The notes under the pieces: model-generated | Database searches by the model: none | Seen by the model: the letters and a program-made list of their open reading frames with translations, nothing else | Told to the model about the DNA's origin: nothing | Part shown: piece by piece, positions 1 through 6,611 of the stretch | How positions within the stretch are numbered: position 1 is the stretch's first letter | Layout: each line of letters begins with the position of its first letter | Assembly: GCA_046757165.1 (NCBI GenBank) | Contig: JBHHXT010000061.1 | Coordinates: forward strand, 1-23,774 | DNA: 23,774 nucleotides | Source: a bacterium | GTDB taxonomy: Bacteria; Zhuqueibacterota; Zhuqueibacteria; Oceanimicrobiales; Oceanimicrobiaceae | Direction: 5' to 3' | Made by a program: the position numbers and the translations under genes

Positions 1-361
1 CGTAAAGCCATTTACCCAGGTCGTGCGCATCCTTCAATGAGAGCAGGGCGGCATCCGTCGTCAGGTCCTCACCGTGCGCAGCCTTGTTGCCGTTTCTCCG
101 AAGCCAGTGTAGCTTGGAAATAACAGATTTGGGGACGGCGTTCTTGAATTCGATTTCGCGGATGCGGTTTAAGAAAGTATCTTCATCCGGTTCAGGGAGA
201 TTCAGGTCGTGGTGGACAATCCTGGTCAGTTGCTCGGCAAAGAGCCGAAGTTTCACCCCGCAGCTCGCCGGATCCGGATAGAGGTATTGTTCCGCAAACT
301 CACCCAGGGTAGCCAGTTCCGGTAATGTTTGTTTGAGAAATTCAAAGTTGCTGGTTTGCAT
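1..361 (-). CDS. hsdR: N-terminal part of a type I restriction enzyme R subunit-like protein (DUF4145 N-domain), running off the left edge
   Basis: Not in the ORF track. Manual translation from ATG 361 (GAGGA RBS upstream) gives MQTSNFEFLKQTLPELATLGEFAEQYLYPDPASCGVKLRLFAEQLTR...KLHWLRRNGNKAAHG...AHDLGKWLY, open to the edge. The SNFEFL / DP..C..KLR.FAE / LR..GN.AAH pattern is typical of HsdR N-termini; the helicase part is outside the window. Confidence 0.65.
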   Translation of the reverse strand, partial: MQTSNFEFLKQTLPELATLGEFAEQYLYPDPASCGVKLRLFAEQLTRIVHHDLNLPEPDEDTFLNRIREIEFKNAVPKSVISKLHWLRRNGNKAAHGEDLTTDAALLSLKDAHDLGKWLY

Positions 362-505
362 GACGTGTCTTCCTCAACAAGGCAATGTCACTGACCAACA
401 CGTATCGGTTACGGGCGTTACTGGAGAACGCGACCGGGAGACAAAGATCCGATGGCGAAGCAATTCAGGTTGTGATCCGTGCGGGATTCATAAACATGGC
501 GCGCC

Positions 506-684
506 TTCACGGGTAGATAGGCTCTATACTTTTAGGCTGTAGGAAGAACCTAAGCCGGACAAGCCGGAAATTCGAAATCCTAAACTCCAAAATCGAGAAC
601 AAACTGAACCACAAAAAAGTGTTGCCAAAGAATGACAGAACTTGACTTGTCAGGGCCTGACAGCCTACAGTCTAAACACCTGAA
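506..684. repeat. Composite palindromic intergenic element (family A arms with a family B element inside)
   Basis: Left arm ggtagataggctctatacttttaggctgtaggaagaa and right arm agcctacagtctaaacacctgaa match the element at 5369-5457. The interior 553-637 matches pieces at 5089-5114, 6331-6367 and 15663-15723. Confidence 0.8.
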
Positions 685-687
685 TGG

Positions 688-1959
688 TTACACAATCTCT
701 TGCACATCAACGCCCCGCAGCCGCATGACCCGCTCGATCACCTCTCCGATCTTGTTGTTCGGGGTCGAGGCGCCGGCCGTTATCCCGAGCACGATTTCAT
801 CTGGTGGCAGCCAATCTTTGCACACCGCAATGTCTTGACTGCCAATCCTTTTGTGCCGGATTTGGCCATCCTGTAAAATGCATGCCGGGTCATCGATGTG
901 GTAGGTCGTGGTGTATTTCGAGGAGATCTCGGCCAGGTGATTGGTGTTGCTGCTGTTGAAGCCGCCGACGACGAGCATCAAATCCAGACGGTGATTCTCG
1001 ACCAGCTCCAGAACAGCGTCCTGGCGGTCCTGGGTGGCGCTGCAAATCGTATCGAAGGTCTGATAGTGGCTGTCCAGGCTTTCGGCACCATATTTCTCGA
1101 CCATCGCTTTCCTGAGCAGGTCAGCGATGGCCAGGGACTCGCTGCTGAGCATGGTTGTCTGGTTCGCAACCCCAACCTTGCTCAGGTCGGTATCGGGATC
1201 GAAATGTGGCGACGTGGCCTGTCGAAACGAGGCGCTGAAGGCCTCGCGGTCGCCACCGTTCAAAATGTGCTCGCACACGCGCTCTGTCTCCCCGAGGTTG
1301 CGCACAATCAGGTATTTGCCGTCAGGATACTGCAAGGCCTGGGAGCTGGTGGCGATGGTTTCCTCGTGAAAGAATTTGCCGTGAATAATGGAGGTGTAAC
1401 CGTTCTTGGCGTAAAATGAAACACGTTTCCAGACGTTCAAAACGGAGCCGCACGTCGTGTCCACTAAAATGCAGCCACGTCTCTTCAAAGTTTGAAATTC
1501 CTGCACGGAAACCCCAAACGCCGGCAGGATCACGACATCCTCCGGACGCAAATCCGCGTGCGTCTTGCCATTGCTGTACTGCCCGCTCAGGAACTCGACA
1601 CCGATGTCGAGCAAGCGGTGGTTGACGTGCGGATTGTGAATGATTTCCCCCGTAAGAAAAATGTGGCGGTCGGGAAACTTCTGTCGCGTCTGGTAAGCAT
1701 AGTCGACTGCGCGGTCGACGCCGTAGCAAAACCCGAACTCCCGGGCGAGATGAATCGTCACGCCCGCTGCGTGCAAACGATACTCGGTCGCCCGCAGGTG
1801 CGCCACCAGAGCGCTAAAATACTCTTGCTTGAGAATCCCCCGGACTTCGTTCTTGAGGCCAAGCCCTCTCTGATAGAATGGTGAAATTTTGGACTCCTTT
1901 CCAGATTCAATATCTTGTTGTGGATCAACTTCCCGAGCTGTCTCGAAGTAGTTCTTCAT
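688..1959 (-). CDS. ispH: 4-hydroxy-3-methylbut-2-enyl diphosphate reductase (long, cyanobacterial/plant-like form)
   Basis: Motifs FGFCYGVDRAV, EIIHNPHV, VDTTCGSV, NQTT, DTICSATQDRQ, SSNT, TAGASTP; the three Fe-S cysteines are present. Start placed at ATG 1959 (MKNYF). Confidence 0.97.
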   Translation of the reverse strand: MKNYFETAREVDPQQDIESGKESKISPFYQRGLGLKNEVRGILKQEYFSALVAHLRATEYRLHAAGVTIHLAREFGFCYGVDRAVDYAYQTRQKFPDRHIFLTGEIIHNPHVNHRLLDIGVEFLSGQYSNGKTHADLRPEDVVILPAFGVSVQEFQTLKRRGCILVDTTCGSVLNVWKRVSFYAKNGYTSIIHGKFFHEETIATSSQALQYPDGKYLIVRNLGETERVCEHILNGGDREAFSASFRQATSPHFDPDTDLSKVGVANQTTMLSSESLAIADLLRKAMVEKYGAESLDSHYQTFDTICSATQDRQDAVLELVENHRLDLMLVVGGFNSSNTNHLAEISSKYTTTYHIDDPACILQDGQIRHKRIGSQDIAVCKDWLPPDEIVLGITAGASTPNNKIGEVIERVMRLRGVDVQEIV

Positions 1960-1991
1960 AATGGCAAATATATGGAATTGCGGAACGAATG

Positions 1992-2468
1992 TCAACACCC
2001 CCTGTGGGACTTCTCTCCCTTGAGGATGGTCATGGCGCGATAGATCTGCTCCAACAGAATGACTTTTGCCAGCTCATGCGGGAAGGTCATGTCCGACAGG
2101 GACAGGACGAAATCGGCGTGGTTCAGAATCTTGCGGTCCAGGCCCAACGGACCGCCGATGACAAATGCGAATCTGCTGCGGCCGTGCAACGTTTTCTCCC
2201 GGAAAAAGCGGGCGAACGCCTCGGAAGACATCTGCATACCGGTCGGGTGCAAAGCGACCACGAAATCGTCCGGGTACAACCGCTGCGCGAGTGCTTTCGC
2301 TTCGGTTTCCTTGACGAGCTTGCCGTTTCGGAAGGCCTGCCGGGAGGCGTCTTTGACCACCACCTGCTGCACCTGCGCATAGCGTTCAATTCGCTGCACA
2401 AAATCTGCTTCGGCAGTTTGCCAGTGTCGCAATTTGGTTTTCCCAACTGTTACGAGTTTCAGTTTCAA
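1992..2468 (-). CDS. rlmH: 23S rRNA (pseudouridine-1915-N3)-methyltransferase
   Basis: KLKLVTVGK N-terminus (TTG start 2468), SSE.FA, FVIGGPLGL, LSLSDMTFPHEL..VILLEQIYRA. Confidence 0.95.
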   Translation of the reverse strand: MKLKLVTVGKTKLRHWQTAEADFVQRIERYAQVQQVVVKDASRQAFRNGKLVKETEAKALAQRLYPDDFVVALHPTGMQMSSEAFARFFREKTLHGRSRFAFVIGGPLGLDRKILNHADFVLSLSDMTFPHELAKVILLEQIYRAMTILKGEKSHRGC

Positions 2469-2508
2469 GGCTGGCCCCGTCTCAAAGCAGTGTGTCTGTG
2501 CGGCCAAA

Positions 2509-2536
2509 TGTGAAACGTCAAATGTGAGACGTCAGA
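2509..2536. repeat. Degenerate 7-bp tandem repeat (TGTGAAA CGTCAAA TGTGAGA CGTCAGA)
   Basis: Four heptamers overlapping the DUF790 stop codon; same unit type as 17461-17490. Confidence 0.65.
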
Positions 2537-3734
2537 GGAGAGCATCATGTCCTGTGCCTCCTTCCTGCTCCTGCAAAACCTGCAAAACATCCTTGACCTT
2601 CAATCGGGTCTTGTAGAAAATGACTGGGCCTTGAAACGCCTCTCTGGAACAGTTCAAGTTGGCATTGACCGCGACGATCAAATCCTTGCGATTGGCGCGT
2701 TTCAGTTTGTCCAGTTTCTTGCTCAGGTATTCCGGCGTCCAGAATCCGACAATCTCGAGCAGGGCTTGCCGGCCGTCAGGATGCACCAGCTTGAAGTCCG
2801 GAATCAGAACGGTGTCCCCCAGGTCGATGATTTCGCTCTCTCTTTCGATGACCCACTCCGTTTTGCGCTTGACAAAGTTGGCATAAAACGCCTCTTCCAC
2901 TGCGCTGTCGAACAGGGTCTCGTCCCGGTAGTGAGTGGCAAGGCCGCAATCCTGGTCCAGGTCAAAGGTACGCTGGCCGTGCTCTGTGTTCACAGCGGCA
3001 ACCATCTGCCACTTTTTCGCCAGAAGCAGAGCCGGCAAGAACCGCGCAAGGTTGACGCCGTATTTTTGTGTTTTGCGGAACAGGGCGAATGGCCCATCGA
3101 CTTCGACGAAATAGTGGTCTGGCAGTCGCCGGATCTTATGCATGAGCCGGGCCAGCTTCAGATAGCGGAAAACGGTCTTGTACCCGTCCCAGATCTTGAT
3201 CTCCATCCGGTGGCACCGATACAAGATGCCCTGGGCCAACGCCAAATTGTAGCGCCGCAGCAAACTCTCTGGCGTCAGCCGGCCATCCACTCGCCGCAGA
3301 ATCTGCTGGTCTGGCAAGTCGCCATACAGATCCTGAGGCAACGGGCCATGTTCCTGCTCGAATCTTGCCAGCACGCCGGACACGACCTGCTGATGGACCA
3401 AATCAGCCTGCCGGACGATGGGGCGATAAGTCTCTGCAAATTCGAACAATTGCCGGCGAATTTGCGCATAATCGAGGGCGTCAGGCGAATCGTATTCGGC
3501 AAACCCGTCCAGCACCTTCGCCAGGCCGCGGATGATCTTGTAGCCGACCAGATCGGACTCATAGTCGTTCAGCGCCGTCTCCAGGTCGCGCCTGCTTTTG
3601 CCGGTGTGCGTTTTGAAAATCTCAATCAAATCGGTGGCAATTTGCAGGTAATAGGCGGCGTGCCTGCGCTTCAGGTAGCGCGGGGTGATGGCCGTCTCGC
3701 TGACCTGAAAGCGAAGGAGATCACTGGTAAGCAT
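2532..3734 (-). CDS. DUF790 family restriction-endonuclease-like protein (Bax1-like)
   Basis: MLTSDLL N-terminus, RYNLALAQG.LY, DGP..LF..T.KYG.NLA.FLPALL, FDSAVE..F, IPDF...LEIVGFWTPEYL.KKL. Overlaps the upstream helicase by 14 nt. Confidence 0.9.
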   Translation of the reverse strand: MLTSDLLRFQVSETAITPRYLKRRHAAYYLQIATDLIEIFKTHTGKSRRDLETALNDYESDLVGYKIIRGLAKVLDGFAEYDSPDALDYAQIRRQLFEFAETYRPIVRQADLVHQQVVSGVLARFEQEHGPLPQDLYGDLPDQQILRRVDGRLTPESLLRRYNLALAQGILYRCHRMEIKIWDGYKTVFRYLKLARLMHKIRRLPDHYFVEVDGPFALFRKTQKYGVNLARFLPALLLAKKWQMVAAVNTEHGQRTFDLDQDCGLATHYRDETLFDSAVEEAFYANFVKRKTEWVIERESEIIDLGDTVLIPDFKLVHPDGRQALLEIVGFWTPEYLSKKLDKLKRANRKDLIVAVNANLNCSREAFQGPVIFYKTRLKVKDVLQVLQEQEGGTGHDALL

Positions 3735-5082
3735 CGGCTCTTCTCCGCCGGTAGGAAATCTGGCTTTCTTTTGTGCCGCGAGTCACGAGCTCGTAGAGAA
3801 TCGCCTGTTTATCTTCGCTTTTGCGCAGAATTCGCCCCAGACGCTGGACGTGCTCGACCGGACTGCCTGAACCGCTCAAAATAATGGCCACGTTTGCGTT
3901 CGGCACGTCCACCCCCTCGTTCAGCACTTTCGAGGTGACCAGCACCGAGTACACGCCCTTGCGAAAGGCATCCAGGATCTCTTTTCGTTCAACCGTTTTG
4001 GTGTGGTGGGTCAGCGCCGGGACCAGAAAGGATCGGGATATCTCGTAGACGAGATCGTTGCTCTCGGTGAAAATCAGCACCCGGTCCGCGTAGTGCCGTT
4101 TGAGGAGGGTCTCGAGGATCTCGAGCTTGCGGTGAGCCCCGATGATGATGCGGCGGCTCTCCAAGCGCGCCAGAAACGCTTTGCGTGCCCGCGGGTGGAA
4201 GGCGCTTTCCTGCAAGAACTGCTTCATCTCCTGACCGTAGAACTTCAGGCCCGTGTCACGAATGTAGGACTCATACAAGGCTTGATGCCGGGTGTAGGCG
4301 CGTTTCTCGTCCGGCGTCAAGTCCACGGAGATTCTCATGACTTCATACTCCGCGAGGTGATCCCCCTCCAGATCTTTGATGCTCCTGTGGTAGACGACGG
4401 GACCGAGCAGCCGTTCCAACTTGTCGTGCAAACCATCCATGCGCTCATAGGTCGCCGTCAGCCCGAGCCGGAACGGCGCCAGGCTCATTTCGGGAATGTG
4501 CGAATAGGTGGCCGCTGGCAGGTGATGCACCTCATCGAAGATGAGCAGACCGAAACGGTCGCCGTACTTGTCGATGTGCCTGTAGGCGCTATCGTAAGTC
4601 GTGACGGTGACCTCCCGAATTTCGTGGTACCCGCCGCCCAGGATGCCCACCTCGATGCCGAAACCATCGCAGATGACGTCATACCACTGGTTCATCAAGT
4701 CGAGCGTCGGCAGGACCACGAGACAGCTTGTGCCGGCGTGCTGCATGGCGGCGAGCGCCAGCCAGGTCTTGCCGGAGCCCGTCGGCAAGCAGATGCTGCC
4801 ACGACACCCACGCGCTTGCCAGGCCTGCAACGCCCCCTTTTGATAGTCGCGCAACCGAATATTCATCCGCAGTTCGAGCTGGAGCTGCGTGAAACGCGCC
4901 GCACCGTCTCTGAACGCGATCTTCCGTGAACGCAGCCATGAAATGATTTCTTTATAATAAATGGCTTTCGCCCGCCACTGTTTTGAACGGTCATCCCATC
5001 GCAAGCACGGCAGGGTGACCTCATGCTCCAGATCCTGCAGCAAAAGCGTGCCGTCATGAAAGATTAATTTCGACTTTGCCAT
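3721..5082 (-). CDS. XPB/Rad25-like superfamily 2 DNA helicase
   Basis: LRDYQ, LPTGSGKT (Walker A), DEVHH, GLTAT.ER.DG, VLNEGVDVP, QRLGRILR, LYELV..GT.E. Compact 453 aa, archaeal-XPB-like size. Confidence 0.9.
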   Translation of the reverse strand: MAKSKLIFHDGTLLLQDLEHEVTLPCLRWDDRSKQWRAKAIYYKEIISWLRSRKIAFRDGAARFTQLQLELRMNIRLRDYQKGALQAWQARGCRGSICLPTGSGKTWLALAAMQHAGTSCLVVLPTLDLMNQWYDVICDGFGIEVGILGGGYHEIREVTVTTYDSAYRHIDKYGDRFGLLIFDEVHHLPAATYSHIPEMSLAPFRLGLTATYERMDGLHDKLERLLGPVVYHRSIKDLEGDHLAEYEVMRISVDLTPDEKRAYTRHQALYESYIRDTGLKFYGQEMKQFLQESAFHPRARKAFLARLESRRIIIGAHRKLEILETLLKRHYADRVLIFTESNDLVYEISRSFLVPALTHHTKTVERKEILDAFRKGVYSVLVTSKVLNEGVDVPNANVAIILSGSGSPVEHVQRLGRILRKSEDKQAILYELVTRGTKESQISYRRRRADAYQ

Positions 5083-5088
5083 CGGTTC

Positions 5089-5114
5089 AGCCAGAAATTC
5101 GAAATCCTGAACTC
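5089..5114 (+). repeat. Family B repeat fragment
   Basis: agccagaaattcgaaatcctgaactc matches 562-587 agccggaaattcgaaatcctaaactc at 24/26. Confidence 0.7.
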
Positions 5115-5368
5115 TGAGTTCAAGAAAAGCTAGGCACCCAACAGGCCCAGCGTCTCGACCGGGGACTTCGCGCAGTCGAGATGACCCTGCGGGCAGGAAA
5201 AGGTAAACTGTTCCACGCGGACAAGAAAATCATAGGGCCAAAAAACCATGAAAATTTTCCGTGTGGGTTTTTGATCCGTGTGGAGCCAATTCTGATAAGA
5301 ATTATCGCTGTCTCCACACCCGTGAAAAAATAGGGGTTGTAAAGAAAAAATGCAATGAAATTAACTGG

Positions 5369-5457
5369 TTCAGGTAGATAGGCTGTAGACTTTTAGGCTG
5401 TAAGAAGAATCCATGAAAGGTCGTACAGCCCAATAGCCTACAGTCTAAACACCTGAA
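5369..5457. repeat. Family A palindromic (MITE/REP-like) element
   Basis: Imperfect terminal inverted repeats ttcaggtagataggctgtagact ... agcctacagtctaaacacctgaa. A second copy lies at 506-684. Contains the stop codon of the ada-like gene. Confidence 0.8.
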
Positions 5458-6311
5458 TTCGTCGCCTTGGCGACCTCCCAGCCGATGATGGCCTTCTTGC
5501 GCGCTCTCCCTCCGCCGTAGCCGCCAAATTCCCCAAGCTTGCGGATGACTCTGTGACACGGGATGAGAAAGGGCACGGGATTTCTGCCGATGGCATTCGC
5601 CACCGCGCGTACCGCCCCGGGCTGCCCAATCTCGTACGCGATGTCATGGTAAGACACCACGCGAGCGTACGGAATCTTGAGCAGGGCTTCCCAGACCTTT
5701 ACCTGAAAATTGGTGCCCTTCAAGAAAACATGAAAGGGCACCTTGCGCCCTCGGTCCGGCGCATCGAAAATTTGCTGCACCAGGTGGCCGGTGCGCGCGC
5801 GGTTCTCCACAAAGTTAGCCTCGCGCCACTTCTTCCGGGTCGAATCCAGCTCCGCTTCCGGCCGGCTACTCTTGATAAAGTCCAGGCCACAAATGCCGCG
5901 CTCGGTGAGCGAGAGCAGACACTCCCCAAACGGGGTTGGATGAACGCCGAATTCAATCGTGAGCGCCTCACCGCGGCTCTTGTATTCGCCCGGTGTCACC
6001 GCCTCGCATGCTACGAACAAGTCATGCAACCGACCCGGGCTGGAAAGTCCGCTCTGGTAAGTCACATCCAGAAGGTCACGCGATTGCCGCAACAACTCTT
6101 TGGCGTACTCCTTCGTCAGAAATTGCAGAAACCGTTTCGGGCTGATGCCCACCCAGCGGCTGAACAACCGCTGAAAATGGTACTCGCTGACGTGCACCGT
6201 CCGGGCAATTTCCTGCAAAGTCGGATGGCGGTGAAAGTTCTGTTCAAGGTATTGAATGGCCTGCTCGATGCGCTGATAATCTAACGATGCTTGCTGGAAA
6301 ACTTCGGACAT
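5445..6311 (-). CDS. Bifunctional AraC-HTH regulator / methylated-DNA--protein-cysteine methyltransferase (Cada2-like; no Zn Ada-N domain)
   Basis: HFQRLFSRWVGISPKRF (AraC HTH), GRLHDLF, GTNFQVKVW.AL..IP, IPCHRV active site. ATG 6311 preceded by AAGGAGG. Confidence 0.92.
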   Translation of the reverse strand: MSEVFQQASLDYQRIEQAIQYLEQNFHRHPTLQEIARTVHVSEYHFQRLFSRWVGISPKRFLQFLTKEYAKELLRQSRDLLDVTYQSGLSSPGRLHDLFVACEAVTPGEYKSRGEALTIEFGVHPTPFGECLLSLTERGICGLDFIKSSRPEAELDSTRKKWREANFVENRARTGHLVQQIFDAPDRGRKVPFHVFLKGTNFQVKVWEALLKIPYARVVSYHDIAYEIGQPGAVRAVANAIGRNPVPFLIPCHRVIRKLGEFGGYGGGRARKKAIIGWEVAKATNSGV

Positions 6312-6325
6312 GAGATCCCTCCTTT

Positions 6326-6367
6326 GCCGGAAATCGAAAAAAAGCTGAACCACAAAAAAGTCTTGCC
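6326..6367 (+). repeat. Family B repeat fragment
   Basis: aaatcgaaaaaaagctgaaccacaaaaaagtcttgcc (6331-6367) matches 590-626 at 33/37, and is preceded by gccgg as in the 553-566 end. Confidence 0.75.
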
Positions 6368-6444
6368 CCGACAGTCATCATCGGCATACAATCAGGACAG
6401 TCGGGGCTTGCCCAAAAGTGGCAAAAAGGAAATTGTGCGGTAGG

Positions 6445-6485
6445 AAGATACGAATGGCCTTATCATTTTGCCACCCGAATCTTGC
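6445..6485 (-). promoter_or_regulatory. Putative Ada/Cada2-type operator (GCAAGATTCGGG) with a downstream -10-like TATCTT
   Basis: The minus strand reads GCAA-N4-CGG at 6485-6475 and TATCTT at 6450-6445, upstream of the ada-like gene. Confidence 0.5.
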
Positions 6486-6561
6486 TGAACTCAGCGGCGG
6501 CCAGCGATCGGGTGAACGACTTGACACTTGATACGTTCCGTAGGCCAATAATGGTTACGTA

Positions 6562-6600
6562 TTTGTTTCGAATTTCGGATTTCCTTTTCGCGGCTTCGTC
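6562..6600 (-). repeat. Family B-related repeat with heptamer units (GAAATCC GAAATTC GAAACAA)
   Basis: The reverse complement gacgaagccgcgaaaaggaaatccgaaattcgaaacaaa resembles 558-603 and 15668-15685. It lies just after the M14 stop codon. Confidence 0.5.
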
Positions 6601-6611
6601 TGCGAAAAGGC

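Noticed and set aside
385..516. 43-codon plus-strand ORF MSLTNTYRLRALLEN...
   Set aside because: No clear RBS or motif; it overlaps the hsdR upstream region and ends inside a repeat element.
2547..3884. 445-aa plus-strand ORF and other long antisense ORFs (e.g. 4003-4929, 5553-6284, 14704-15681, 16783-17652, 19957-20730)
   Set aside because: They are shadows of well-supported genes on the opposite strand, expected with GC-rich codon usage, and show no recognisable motifs.
5212..5321. DnaA-box cluster / replication origin
   Set aside because: The TGTGG motifs deviate from TGTGGATAA at 3-4 positions and the gene context is not oriC-like.
506..6600. CRISPR array interpretation of the recurring repeats
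   Set aside because: The copies are dispersed and degenerate, with no regular repeat-spacer periodicity and no cas genes.
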